Part shown: one piece after another, positions 50,223-63,880 of the stretch
Numbering within the stretch: the stretch's first letter is position 1
Layout of the letters: each line of letters opens with the position of its first letter
DNA from: Okamejei kenojei
Taxonomy: Eukaryota
DNA: 64,000 nt
NCBI GenBank assembly: GCA_035221665.1
Contig: CM069162.1
Location: 18,352,001 to 18,416,000, forward strand
Direction: 5' to 3'
Position numbers and translations under genes: made by a program
The notes under the pieces: generated by a model
Told to the model about the DNA's origin: nothing
The model's input: the letters and a program-made list of their open reading frames with translations, nothing else
The model's database searches: none

Positions 50223-51359
50223 CAACAAAAGGAGGCAAGGAACCGCAGTGCCAACTTTATGAAACCGTGCTCCCTGTTTCAGGGCGTTCCCTGTGAAACT
50301 ACCATTAAATGTTGGGAACACACTTAAAATTTCCAACGAGCAGCTTTGCGCTGAATGCCAACATTCTTAAACCTTTCTCACAAAGAAACACAAAATTTCA
50401 GCATGTACCCAATGAAAGCACCTTGGAACTCGTATAGACCCAGAAGTCGGGCATTATCGCGTACAGCACAGTTCTTGTACAATAAACAGCTGGGAACCAG
50501 AGATAAGGCCAAAAAGCTAGAAATTCCCAACGTTACATGATCGCACTATCTTGGTTGGCCTTTAACTAAATGATAACACTGAAAATCCGCTGAATACAGC
50601 CTACCGAATTTACACAGAGCTGTGCAAAATAAATCTCACTGCAGCTACAATAACTCCAGTAAGGTAATGTAACATTTTTTTCTTTAAATTTCATACTTGG
50701 GTGGCAGTTAAAAAATGAATGTAAATGCCAGTGTGGAATTTAAACATTCTTAACATGTTTGCACTTCTTAGACCGCGGAATAGGCAGTGTCCAGCTTCAC
50801 CTGCCCAAAGACAGAATAGGAACAGGCCCTTCAGCCCACAATGTGTGTGCAAGGACCCTCTCAGATTATTTAGTAACAAACTGGCATTGCAATATTACCA
50901 GAATCTTAACAGTCTAGTTTCACATTTGAAGGTCAAATTGAGTTGGTGACTAATGATGAGAAATAAAGGGCTAATTTCTCAAGGGTTTTAATTTATGGGC
51001 AAGTTTTGAATTGTGGGAAAAGTAAAGATCTTTCGAAAACATCACATAGTTCTTATCTTCAGAAAGGAAAACATTAGTACATGTTATAGCTATTCAGGTA
51101 AAGAAAATAAATCACCTTTGCAGAATTCATAAATCAATACACTAAAAATTGAGATACAGAATAAAATTTGCTCTTATGGAATTTGGTTTGGAATAAATAA
51201 ATAAACATAAAATATTGATACGATACGATAGAACTTTATTTATCCAGGGAGGCAAATTGATCTGCTAAGTCAGAAAAACACAAAACACATGAATCAGTGT
51301 CTTCAGTGGCATGCAGAATTACAGCATTATAATTCTGAGGAAAGACCACCCCTCCCACA

Positions 51360-51361
<2 letters not shown>

Positions 51362-51401
<40 letters not shown>
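51362..51401. repeat. Poly-C run (~40 nt)
   Basis: Directly visible; length may be a sequencing artefact. Confidence 0.9.
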
Positions 51402-53289
51402 ACCCACCCAGTCTCAGTTTATGCCTCATCGTCTCGCAGTTTCTCGCATTGCCTGAACTCTCAATGCGATCGAACCATATTATTCCCCCAGAAATGAATC
51501 CCAGTGTTTATCTTGAACACGGACTTGTTGCCTTTGTCAGTGGTTCATGCATTTGACTTTGCCATTCTGAAAGTCTTTACATCTGGAATTCTTTGGATGG
51601 TTTTTTAAATTTTTTTTTAAAATTTTATCCTGACAGTGGTTCCCAAGCATAAAAAAGGCAAGAAGATGAGGCAAAATTACATAGCTACTGCCAGTTTGGA
51701 CACCTAACACTTTTGCCCCCTGAGGTCACTTGCCACACAATATACAAGTAAACCTTAACTCCAGACTGGTAAGCCTTAAATGCATCAAATGCACAGACAG
51801 GAGAATATACACACACACACAGCATTTAAATAAGGTCCACTTCAGCCCATGAAAGTATCCCAAAATATGACTGCGTCCCTGAGCACTGTTCACTGCAGTA
51901 TCTGTGCTACTTTGAAGGCGGTAGGCACAAAATGCTGGAGTAACTCAGCGGGATGGGCAGGATCTCCGGAGAGCAAGAATGAGTGTCGGTTGGGGTCGAG
52001 CCCCTTCTTAAGACTTTGGTCCTACTTTGAAGGTGTACAGCGGTACAAGAACAGCCTCCAGAAGGTCACCGCACAAAAGTAGAGTAACCAATTCCTGGGG
52101 TTTCCTGCCAGGCAACAGCAAGTAAATATTCTAGAAAACTAAGAAAATGTTCCAAACTCTTTCCTTTGTAATGGTAACCAGGTTACGCGTAATTCAGAGA
52201 CTTGGCCAATGTTGTGAATGGCATCTACAATGTAGTAGTTCATATAGCAGAGTCGAATAGGAACTTCAGACAAGTGTAATACCATGTGTGTTCAGATGCT
52301 GGTTTATACCAAAGATAGACACAAAGTGCTGGAGTAACTCAGCGGGTTTTGCAGCATCTCTGGAGAAAAAGGATGGGTGACGTTTCGGGTGGGGACCCTT
52401 CTTCAGACTGAAAGTAGAGAGTGGGGAGGGGGAAGGTGAAGAGCTGGAGTCAAGACCAGGACAAATCAGGGCCGGCCACAAATGCCTTTAGGCCCATTGT
52501 TAGCTATAGAATGTGTGATCTCACGAGGGAAACAATGTGGAGAACTGTGGAACTGGTGAAATGACTTGGGTGAAGGAAGGGGGAGTGGGGGGAGGGAGGA
52601 GAGTGTGACTTGCTCTAGTGCTAGAGACATTCAGGTATGTAGTTTAATTGGCTTGGTGTATGTGTAAATTGTCCCTAGTAGTAGGATAGTGTTAATGTGC
52701 GGGGATTGTTGGTCGGTGCGGACTTGGTGGGCCAAAGGGCCTGTTTCCGTGCTGCATCTCTAAACTAAACTAGAGAGGATGCCTGGATTTTTCAAGGATG
52801 GAATCCATTTGGAATTAAGAAATGTGTATGACGGACCTGCTGATGCTGGATTAAACCAAAGTAGACACAAAATGCTGGAGTAACTCAGCGGGACAGGCAG
52901 CATTTCTGGAGAGAAGGAATGGGTGACGTTTCGGGCCGAGACCCTTCATCAGACTGAAAGGAGGAGAAAGAAAACAAAGGAGGTAATGGGACAGCATGAA
53001 CAATTCTAGCTGAAAATGTTAAAAAGGGAACGCAAAGTATTCCATAAGCATGCGAACAGGAAAGAAAATGGAACTGATAGGTGACCATGCTCTGGGAGGT
53101 AGAGCTTCAAGGACAGCAAGTTTCTGCACTACATGGCAATGCTGTTGCTGCTTCAACCAAATAAGGTGTAGTTGAGGTTTTAGACAGGTTAACAATTGAA
53201 AGGATAGGTACTGCAATGAATCATTTAGTCTTGCAGCGATACATCCCAGCCATCTGAAGGGGAAAAAAAGTAAAAATTGCAAAGGTCAT

Positions 53290-54150
53290 AAACATAATCT
53301 TCCAATCATCTGTAAACTGCAGGGTGATGCTTAATATCTGGAAATCTGCAACTAGTATACCTGTGCTAAATTAAAAAAAGTGCAAACCCAGTATCCACAG
53401 AGCAATAACTTCATCTTCAGTGAGAAGAAAATACAGAAAGCAAAAATCCAGGCCAGAAATGGCAGTCACTTGGACAAATGTATATCGATTAGCGAAAGCC
53501 AGCATGGATTTGTTAAATGCCAATCTTGTCTAAACAACTTGACAGTGTTCTTTGATGAAGTAACAGGCAATATCAATGGAGGTAATATATGGATTTCCGA
53601 AAGACATTTGATAAGGTCCAAATAGTCGGCTTACCACAAGACTGAAGGCCTGAAGTTAAAAATAAAAACACTGGAGCAGCATGGGTAAAAGAAGTGGCTA
53701 AGGAACAAGAAGCAATAGTATGGAAAAGGTTGTTTGAAATCAGATGGAGAGAATTGTACAATGAAATTCCCCGGGAGTCTGCATAAATTCTTTAAATATT
53801 CATTGGAGACTTCAAGTTGGACGTGCAGGGGACAACATTTCCAAAAGTTACTGGGGAGTCATGATGCTAACTGTGATGCTAACAGGCTTCAAGGACACAG
53901 AGATATGCTGATGAATTGGGCTGGTAGGCAGCAAGTGAAATGTAAACCTTGAGAAACGTGAAGTGCCACATTATGGTAAGATAAATGAGAAGAGACAATA
54001 TAAATGAATTATAATGCAATAATTCATCGAAAGTGATGAGGCTTGGGTTGTCTAAGCATAACAGAAATGCATACAGGATCACGCATTGAAGAATGGAGCA
54101 CAAGAGAAGGGAAGTCAGGATAAACCTTTATAAAGCTCTGGTTTGTCCAT
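53290..54150 (+). mobile_element. Old CR1 RT fragment
   Basis: SESQHGFVKCQSCLNNLTVFFDEVT motif. Confidence 0.75.
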
Positions 54151-54152
54151 AT

Positions 54153-54435
54153 GGGCGGCTATGTGGCGCAGTGATAGAGTTGCTGCCTCATAGCACCTGA
54201 GACCTGGGTTCAATTTGACTATGGGTGCCGTCTGTATGGAGTTTGTACGTTCTGCCTGTGACTGCGTGGGTTTTCTCCGGGTGCTCTGGATTCCTCCCAC
54301 GCTCCAAAGACGTACAGGTTTGTAGGTTAATTGGCTTTTGTAAATTGTCCCTAGTTTGTAGGATAGCGCTAGTGATCGCTGGTCGGCGTGGGCTTGGTGG
54401 GCTGAAGGGCCTGTTTAAACGCTGCATGTCTAAAA
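54153..54435 (+). mobile_element. HE1/V-SINE
   Basis: A/B boxes, V-domain and tail. Confidence 0.88.
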
Positions 54436-54541
54436 TTCTAAAGTCCAAAGTAAATTGGGTCAACGTGCCTGTTTTTAGTGCAATCCTTGCGGAAAGATGA
54501 GGGACTTGGGGAGGAGAATAAGGTTGCCGAGTAAACAAATG

Positions 54542-57405
54542 TTGGTGCGCCGTGTAGATGGCTGCACTGACGAGAGCTCAGAGTCATCTCAGCAAACTTG
54601 TGTGTATTTATTTTTTATTACTTGTTCTTTTTGTACATACTGTTCTTTCACGCATTCAGTATGACCGATTATTACTTTTGGAGGTAAGCAAGTCAGCCAA
54701 TGGTGACTTGAAGCCGGTTATTGATATCACGGACGGCGGGCTCCCCTGGGTGTTTTGCTAACCCGCACAGCGGCAGCGGAGGAAAGCAAAGCGAGGGAAG
54801 CGTGCTGGCGCTCCGTGCAGAAGCCGGCGAAGAAACAACAAACCACCTCTGCCCAGCATCCCGCTAGCGAATGTGCAATCCCTGGACAATAAACTGGACG
54901 ATGTTGCGCACACGGATCGAACACCATCGGGACATTAAGAACTGCTGTGTTCTGGCGTTCACAGAGACGTGGCTGGAGACCAGCGTACTCGACTGTGCCA
55001 TAACTCCGGGGAGTTTTTCCGTCTACCGACAAGACAGAACGAAGGAATCAGGCAAGTCTAGAGGAGCCGGAGTATGCTTTATGGTTAACTTTTCGTGGGC
55101 CATGGATGTCTGCGTTTTAACTACACGCTGCTCCCCGGTCCTGGAGCTGCTGACCATTAAAACTAGACCTTTCTACCTCCCGAGAGAGTTCAGCTCCAGT
55201 CCTCCTTACAGCTGTTTACATCCCCCCACAGGCTGATAAATCCCTAGCCCTGGAAGAACTGTATAGGACTGTAAATGAGCTGGAGAACTCCCACCCTGAG
55301 TCTGCGGTCATTGTCCTGGGAGACTTCAACAGAGCCAACATGAAGAAGGTTCTCCCAAAATATGACCAACACATCACTTTTCCCACCAGGGGAGAGCAGA
55401 AACTGGACAATTGTTGCACCCCATTCAGAGACTGCTACAAGCCCATCCCCCCCACCCTGCTTTTTGGAAGGCAGATCACTGTTCCATTCTACTGCTGCCT
55501 GCATACAGGCAGAAACTAGAACAGGAAAAAACGGTTTACAGGGACATTTACAAATGGAACAATGAGGCTGATGAGGTCTTGCAGGACTGCTTTGCCAAAA
55601 CCGACTGGCAGATGTTTGAGGATGTAGCAGAAGGCAGCATCAACTGTCTTAGCCTACATAAGTAAGTGCATCGATGATGTTGTTCCAAAAGCCACCATCT
55701 GCACTTACCCAAATCAGAAACCTTGGGTCAAAGGAGAAATTTGTGCTAAACTCAAAGCACGGACCACTGCCTTCAACTCAGGGGACTCCGACGCCTACAA
55801 AGCAGCTAGATATGACCTCCGGAGGTCCATCGGGAAAGCCAAGAGAGTCTACAGGGACAAAGTGGAATCTAATTACTACAGCTCTGACCCCAGACGCATG
55901 TGGAGTGGATTACGTTGCATCACGGATTACAATGGGAAAAACAGGAACACTGTCCAGCCTACCGCTTCGCTCCCGGAAGAGCCTAACACCTTCTATGTCC
56001 AGTTCGATGCACACAACACAGTGCCCACCATGAGTCCACAGGTGTGTAGGGGGACTACCTCACTGACCCTACAAACGGCAGACGTAAGGCGGTCCTTCAA
56101 AAAGGTCAATGACCGCAAAGCTCCTGGTCATTCCAGGGCGGGCCTCTCAGGGTGTGCACTGATCAACTGGCAGAGGTGTTCACCAACATCTTCAATCTCT
56201 CCCCGAGTCAGTCTGCGGTTCCCACTCCCTTCAAAGCATCCATCATTGTTCCTGCTCCAAATAAACCATTAATCTCCTGTTTAAATGACTACCGTCATTT
56301 ATACCGTCATACACTATCATTCCCTCAAAACTCATCCCCAAGCTCCTTGATCTTGGACTGGAAACCTCCATCTGCGGCTGGATATTCGACTTCCTGACGG
56401 GCAGGCCCCAAGTGGTGAGAACTAGCAGCCACACCTCTTCCTCATTGATCCTCAACACATGCGCACCACAGGGCTGTGTGCTCAGTCCTCTCCTGTACTC
56501 CCTGTTCACGCACGACTGTACTGCTAAGCACAGCTCCAACATCATCTTAAAGTTTGCTGACACGAGCATCCTGGGCCTCATCACAGACAATAATGAGGCG
56601 GCCTATAGAGAGGAGGTAAAGGCACTAAACAGCTGGTGCCAGGAAAATAACCTCTCTCTCAATGTCAGCAAATCTAAAGAGATGATCGTGGACTACAGGA
56701 GACAGCAGGGGAGTAAACATCTCCCCATCCACATCGGTGATGCTGAGGTTAAAGGAGTCAGTGTGCACATCACTGAGGACCTCTCTTGGACACTGCACAT
56801 GGACACAATAAATAAGAAAGCCCGCCAGCGGCTCTTTTTCCTGAGAAGACTGAGGAAGTTTGGCATGAACGGCAGCATCCCCACAAACATCTACAGTTGC
56901 ACCATCGAGAGCCAGCTGACGGGCTGCATCACAGTCTGGTACGGGAACTGTTCTGCCCACAGCCGCAAATCACTACAGAGAGTGGTGAAGGCGGCACGGC
57001 ACATCACTGGCAACTGTCTCCCGGCCATTCAGGACATTTTCCACAGGCGGTGCCTGCTGAAGGCACACAGCATCATCAAGGACCACAGCCACCCAGCACG
57101 CAGACTGCTCTCCTTGTTACCGTCAGGCAGACGATACAGGAGCGTGGCTGCACGTACCACCAGACTTAAGAACTGCTTCTATCATCATGCCACCAGGCTT
57201 CTGAACTCATAAACACTTCATATATGTTGATTATTTTATTTATTTTCTTTTACCTACCAATGTCTCTTTTATCTTATATTTTTTAATCTTAATTTTATCC
57301 TTGTAATATCATTGCTGAGGTGACCAGTTGTCTTGTCAAACACATTTAATTGTACCGTTGACCCTGTGTAAACCTACATAGGACAAATAAAACTGAACTG
57401 AACTG
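54542..57405 (+). mobile_element. Rex1/Babar non-LTR retrotransposon, apparently full length, frameshifted and internally deleted
   Basis: APE: LANVQSLDNK, AFTETWL, GKSRGAGVCF, VLGDFN, ADH; RT: [28 protein letters not shown]; stop near 57212; tail AATAAA(ACTGA)3; possible AAATG TSD. Confidence 0.93.
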
Positions 57406-57734
57406 AAATGGGCCTTCCAGCCCGCCATATTTATGCCAGCCTCTTCACCCATCTTCACTAATCCCATTTATGCACATTAGGACGGTATTCTTCTATGGCC
57501 AGCCTATTGAAATTCAAAGATTTCAAAGGTCTTTTATTGGTTCATAAGTTTGTAATTTGTAGGAGCAGAATTAGGCCATTCGGCCCATCAAGTCTACTCC
57601 GCCATTCCATCATGACTGATCTATCTCTATCTCCGAACCCCATTCTCCAGCCTTCTCCCCATAACCTCTGACAGCCGTACTAATCATTTGGATGACAGAC
57701 TAAGCTATAACACAGTCTCTCAATTCGGTTGGTA

Positions 57735-58042
57735 TGTCCAATATTGCAAGGAACTATGCGCAGAAGAAGTGGGAGGTGGTATCTGGTGTCCTAGCAACCA
57801 TTCATCCCTCAGCCAACATTTGCTAAAATGGATTGTAATCTAATTGTTACCTTGATAATAATAATGTATAGTCTTTCTGCTGACTGGATAGCACGCAACA
57901 TGAAACATTTTTCACCGTACCTCAACACACGTGGCTAAACTAAACTGGTCATTATTACACTTTTTTTCAATTAAATTGGACTGATACTTCACCTACATTG
58001 CTTATATTTCCAAATACATCATCGGCTGTGCAGAGTGTTGGG
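57735..58042 (+). mobile_element. Old Deu-SINE 3' part, interrupted by a short Rex-type tail at ~57860-57945
   Basis: GGTGTCCT.GC.A..ATT.ATCCCTCA.CCAACA and CATCGGCTGT..AG.G.TTGGG resemble the SacSINE1 body and tail as I recall them. Confidence 0.5.
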
Positions 58043-58049
58043 TCATCAT

Positions 58050-58698
58050 CGGTGGTGCCAGCAATGGCTGCCTCACCAACAGTCTGTCTGTCCTTTCATT
58101 CTTTGTGTTTTAATTGTATGTGTTAAATGTATGTTTTTAGTGTTCTTTAGCTTGTTTAATGTGGATGGGGGGGGGGGGGGGGGGGGGTGGTTGGAGGAAG
58201 CTTTTTTCAATCTCTTACCTCTGTATCGTTTCTCAGTCCACACTGCGGCCTAACATCGTGGAGTTGCCGGCCTTTTGCTGGAGACCGATTTTGAGAGCTC
58301 CACCGTGGGGAGCCTATGGGACTTTAACATCGCGGAGCCAGCGATCCCCTTGTCAGGGATCGACCTCGGAGTCCCAACCATGGGTGCTTGCGGACTTCAC
58401 ATCACGGAGCCCGCAGTCTCTGGTCAGAGACCGACTTTGGGAACTCCAAGCCGCGGGTGGTTGACTGCCCGGACGCGGGAGTTTCACTCGCCCCGGCGCG
58501 GGAGTTAAGAGGGAAGAAGATTGGAATTTATTTCCTTCCATCACAATGAGGAATGTGGGGAATCCGCTGTGGTGAATATTTACGTTAACGTTTATGTAGT
58601 TGTGTGTCTTGTTGCTTTTTATTTTCGTATGCCTGTATGGTAATTCGCATATCACTGTACCTTAATTGGTACATGTGACAATAAAAGACCTTTGAAAG
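58050..58698 (+). mobile_element. Noncoding CpG-rich non-autonomous retroelement with Rex-type 5' motif and 3' tail
   Basis: Starts near GGTGCCAGCAATGGCTGCC (compare GGTGCGCCGTGTAGATGGCTGC at the Rex 5' end); ends CACTGTACCTTAATTGGTACATGTGACAATAAAAGACCTTTGAA. Confidence 0.6.
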
Positions 58699-59563
58699 CT
58701 TTAATAAAATACATCAAGTAAGTTCTTTACGAAGATGCTCTATGATTAGTTTATAGTTGCATAATACACTTTTTGGTAGGCAAGGAGAGTTGACAAATGC
58801 TGAATGTCAACATGCCAGGGGATATCTGTGAATCACACGTCAACAATGCAGGGATGTCTAGGAACAAAATTACAATATTTTAATATGGCAAGGCAGAAAG
58901 ATTCTCGTGATATGGAGAAAAAGCAGGAATGTGGTACTGATTTTGGATGATCAGCCATGATGATCAGCCATGATCATATTGAATGGCGGTGCTGGCTCGA
59001 AGGGCCGAATGGCCTATTCCTGCGCCTATTTTCTATGTTTCTATGTGTAGCAACAGCCTTGTGTGTCAGAAAATAAAAATGCAACAAGGCTGGAATAAAT
59101 ACTAGTTTTATACATGACATGACAAGCCAGAGAATATCCCAAAGGAAAGACTTTTAATAACCTATTTAAAAACCAAAACTGACTTGCAATCTTCATCCAA
59201 AGGAAGAATGGTTGCAGGCCGACTGGTCACTGGAGACACAGCTGTACATATATAACCACGCTAGAATGTTACCCTGGTAACAGGTCCTTCCTGTGGAATC
59301 TACCACTAACCTTATAAAACTGTAATCACATTCTTCAGTGGCCGTTAAACTTTTACAATGAAGGCATGCACTGGAAAGAACAGCCTTGTTCTAAGACCAG
59401 AGTACATAGAAACATAGAAAATAGGTGCAGGAGGAGGCCATTCGGCCCTTTGAGCCAGCACCGCCATTCAATATGACCATGGCTGATCATCCACAATCAG
59501 TACCCCTTTCCTGCTTTCTCCCTATATCCCTCGATTCCATTAGCCCTAAGAGCTTTATCTTTA

Positions 59564-59798
59564 GGCCCTGTCCCACTTTCACAACCTAATTCACGGCCTC
59601 TGCCGAGTTCGCCCTTGACTCATACTCGCATCATGGTCGTCACAAGGTCGTAGGAGGTCGTAGGTAGGTCATAGCAGGCCGTGATCCTAGTCGTAGGTAC
59701 TCATGGCATAAAGTAGGTCGGGGCGTTTTTCTGGCCTGATGAAAAATGTCCACGAGTAAAAAATGTTGTGAATTAGGTCGTGAAAGTGGGACAGGCCC
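59564..59798. mobile_element. Harbinger-like MITE with TTA target-site duplication, inserted in a CR1 3' end (59405-59815, minus)
   Basis: TTA|GGCCCTGTCCCACTTTCACAACCTAATTCAC..GTGAATTAGGTCGTGAAAGTGGGACAGGCCC|TTA. Confidence 0.9.
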
Positions 59799-61079
59799 TT
59801 AACTCTCTCTCTTGAATACTTCCTTAATTCCAAATACGTTTTCCTTGATCTCATCTAAAGCTGAGATGGGGTGTATGCAGGTTGACTCTAGTACGTTGGT
59901 TCTGTGTGTAGAACCATCTCAACAGGACCCATGTTCACTGGGAAGGATTCGAGGACATGTGCATCCTCTTCCAGACCAGCATCCAGTGCACAGAAGGCCC
60001 TATTGCACTCAGTCAACTCAAGCATGTTTGGCTCCGTCAGGTTCCGCATGGACATTGTGGGCCAATAGGCCCGTTTCTGTGCTACACTGTTCTATGTTCT
60101 ATGCGCAAAAAACAGGTCACATGCTCATTAGACCCCTGAAAGGGAGCCTTCTCCAAGTTCTGCCATGGGAAGAGGTGACCAAGGGCATAAAGGAAAAGAT
60201 TCAGTGGATGTGCTCGAATGCTCCTTGAAGAAAACCTTGCACAGGATTGTAGATTAATTGACTTTGGTAAAATTCGAAATTGTTCCTAGTGCATAGGACA
60301 GTGTTTGTGTGCATGGAGCGCTGATCGGAACGGACTTGGTGGGTCGAGTGGCCAGCTTCTGCTCTGTATGTCTAAACTAAAGATAAATACAACATTCTTG
60401 GTAAGATGGTGTTGAAAATCAAGGCCTTGCATTGGGTGTGCAAACATGCCCCTGTCTAAGCAACAGAATATAAAACCTCACAAACTATCCACGTCAACTG
60501 CGGCCTGAACCCTCAAAAAACTCTGCACTGCCCACATTGTCTCAACCTCCCCTAGAACCCACAAAAACAAAACAGAGCAGGGTCTCGGCCTGAAACATCG
60601 CCTATCCATGCTCCCCATAGATGCAGTCCGACCCGCTGAGTTACTCCAGCACTTAGTGTCCTTTGTGAAGAAGGTTGTTTGTGTCGCGACCGGAGTTACT
60701 CCAGCTTTTCTGTACCTATCTTAGTTTTAATACATATTGGATTGGACCATTTGTCCAATCAACTCGATCCCCAGCTGTTTGGCTCCAAAACATCAGCATT
60801 GACTTAAGTATTGGTCGGTGAGTGACACCTCTAGTTCCTATCCACCTTCAAAGTTATATATTCCAAAATATAATCTTGGTTATAGTCTAAAATGGAAACA
60901 ACAAGGACGATTCAAATGTTTGACCTTTCAATAAATTAAACAGGTCTCTTGCCTATTGTCTGTCATCACGCTCACAGGACTACTTTGAAGAAAATATTGG
61001 AAATGCTAAAACAGATATTCTATGGATCAGACACACTTTCTACTGGTGTTATATTCCTTTCTAGAATAAGTGGTAAGCC

Positions 61080-61395
61080 ATTTGAATGGCGGTGCAGGCT
61101 CGAAGGGCCGAATGGCCTACTCCTGCACCAATTTTCTATGTTTTCTATTTAGGACTATGATGAGGAAAAGCCTTTTCACCAGGAGAGTTGTGAATCTGTG
61201 GAATTCTCTCCCACAGAAGGCAGTGGAGGCCAATTGACTGGATGCTTTCAAGAGAGAGTTAGATATAGCTCTTAGGGCTAACAGAATCAAGGGATAGGGG
61301 GAAAAAGCAGGAACGGGGTACTGATTTTGGATGATCAGCCACGATCATATTGAATGGCAGTGTTGTATCGAAGGGCAGAATGGCCTACTCCTTCA
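61080..61395 (+). mobile_element. Two tandem CR1 3' ends
   Basis: GAATGGCGGTGCAGGCTCGAAGGGCCGAATGGCC tail followed by a longer 3' fragment. Confidence 0.85.
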
Positions 61396-62799
61396 ATGTT
61401 TCTGTTGACTTCCAGGATATGTCAAAGTGTAATGTTTACAGAGGCAGATTATGTCAAGAGCCAAGAGAGTTTATTGTCATATGTACCTGCAATGAAACAA
61501 TGGAATACTTACTTGCTGCAGCTCAACGGGCCCATTAATGCAATAACACTTCCACTTCATTCACCAAAGAAAATCTGGTCCTTATTACAGGCAAACAAAT
61601 ATTCAAAATAATGGCAGAAGCTGCGCGGGAAAGAAACATCATCACTTGAGCGTGAGATCAGCAAGATTTTAAAAAATGCCGGCACGGTTCTTCCGTCTCC
61701 TGTCAACAGAACCTTTTTTTCGCAAAAAAATCCTGATGAAGGCAATGTTCTTAAAACACTATTTGTTTTGCTTTCCATCTTGCTCAGATACATCGGGGTT
61801 TAAATAAAAACCAGTTGCGGAAAATGAATTCTGGCACGCGGCACAAAAAGGCAAAGGCAATATATTCAACAGCAACAGGATCATCTGGCAGGCAAGCAAG
61901 ATAATTTACAGAATTGACATATGATGGAGTTAGGATGGCTGCAAGCTGTAATGCAGATTACCGATTATTTTCTCATAGTCCTTAAACAAGAATAACATCT
62001 CTTGCACGACTGTGAATTTAGGAACCCATTTACTGTATGTACCAGGTCATATGATGGGTGTGCACCAGTTAATACGAGATATATTTACTCAGGAATACAT
62101 GATACAATGTCACAGAGTGGGAAAAAGAAAATCAGCCACAGACGAGAAGAGGTAAAGAGTAGTTGTAAGCTGCATAATTAATTGGCCAGATAATGGGCAA
62201 CAAAAGCATGTCAATCAGTGATAGCAGTTACAATTGGGATGCTGGGACCAAATGAACGGTGTAATGATTAGTCAGGAGACAGTTGCTTTCATAATATTCA
62301 GAGGACACAGCGGCAAGCTCACCGAACATGAATAACACCATGCATTTCAAACTCGGGGGAAAGAAACCAAACTTGAAAAAGATTCATTACTAAATTAAGA
62401 ATACGTCGTCAAATTAGACATCTGGCTCCAATAGCTAAACAAACACTGAAGATGCCAAAATATCATGCAGAGGAGGAGATAAATGTTATGCAACTGAGCC
62501 GCATATTTAAAGAGATTAAAAGTCTGTTTTATAGGTCCTTATGTTATCGAGATGTGTCAAGGAGTGATGTTAATGAGGCAGTGTCAAGAGTCAAGAGCGT
62601 TTATTGTCATATATACCAGCAACGGAACTATGAAATTCTTGCTGGCTGCAGCTCAAGAGGCCCATTAACACAAATAAATGTGCAATAATCAATAAAATAA
62701 TAATCAGTAATAGTATGTAACTAGACCATAACAGTGCAAAATCCCAAATACAGTGTAACCAAATACAGTCCATTAAAAAAAATATCATAGTTGCTGTGG

Positions 62800-63147
62800 T
62801 AGATCATAAGATCATAAGTGATAGCAGTAGAATGAGGCCATTCGGCCCATCAAGTCTACGCCATCATTCAATCATGGCTGATCTATCTCTCCCTCCTAAG
62901 TCCATTCTCCTGCTTTCTCCCCATAACCTTTGGCACCCATAATAAGAATCTATCTATCTCTGCCTTAAATAGACTTTGCCGCCACAGCCTTCGGTGGTAA
63001 AGAATTCCACAGATTCACCACCCTCTTACTAAAGAAATTCCTCCTCATCACCTTTCTAAAAGAACATCGTTTAATTCTGAGGCTATGACCTCTAGTTCTA
63101 GACTCTGCCACTAGTGGGAACATCCTCTCCACATCCACTCAATCCAA
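62800..63147 (-). mobile_element. CR1 3' end
   Basis: Colinear with the 44-340 and 44280-44640 copies. Confidence 0.88.
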
Positions 63148-63330
63148 GTGGTTAGCGTAGTGGTTAGAGTAGTGGTTAGCGTAGTGGTTAGCGTAGTGGT
63201 TAGCGTAGTGGTTAGCGTAGTGGTTAGCGTAGTGGTTAGCGTAGTGGTTAGCGTAGTGGTTAGCGTAGTGGTTAGCGTAGTGGTTAGCGTAGCGGTTAGC
63301 GTAGTGGTTAGCGTAGTGGTTAGCGTAGTG
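63148..63330. repeat. (GTGGTTAGCGTA)n 12-bp tandem array, ~15 copies
   Basis: Near-perfect array with single substitutions in two units. Confidence 0.97.
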
Positions 63331-63880
63331 CAATGAATAAGACCCGGATAATTGCTGGGAAGAAGCTGCTCTTGAACCTGGAGGTCACAGTTTTCACATG
63401 CCTGTACTTTCTTCCCAATGAGAGCAGCGAAACGAGAACATTTTTGGTGATATTCGCTGCCTTTTTGAGGCAGCAACTCTTGTAGACCCGTTTGATGGCA
63501 GGGGTCAGTAGCTGTGATGGACCGAGCAAAGTCCACCACTTTCTGCAGCCTCCTTCGCTTCTGGGCATTCAAGTTACTGAAACAGGCCAGGATGCGAACA
63601 GTTTGCTCTCAACCGTACCCCTGCAGAAGTTCAATGGAGTATTTAGCAACATAGAGAATCTCCTCAATCTTCTACAGAAGTAGAGGCATTGAGGAGCTGT
63701 CTTTTTGTTATTGGATCAATGTACTGGGCTCAGTACAGATCAGAGAAATGCATGACCAGGAACTGTATGCTGCTGACTTTCTCCATTTGTCCCATTGATA
63801 AACGCAGGTTCATAGATCCTGGCTTGTTGAGAGCAAGATTGTTGTTCCGGCACTATTCATTCAGATTATCAATCTCCCTC
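63331..63880 (-). mobile_element. Rex1/Babar RT C-terminal fragment
   Basis: NAQKRRRLQKVV, LLSLGRKYRHVKTVTSRFKSSFFPAIIRVL; homologous to the end of ORF 56412-57212. Confidence 0.85.

Noticed and set aside
61610-61803. Open plus-strand frame WQKLRGKETSS..
   Set aside because: No splice support or recognisable product; the opposite strand is also open, so it is more likely noncoding
63111-63572. Thr-rich/HYAN-repeat ORFs
   Set aside because: Translations of the 12-bp tandem array plus a Rex fragment
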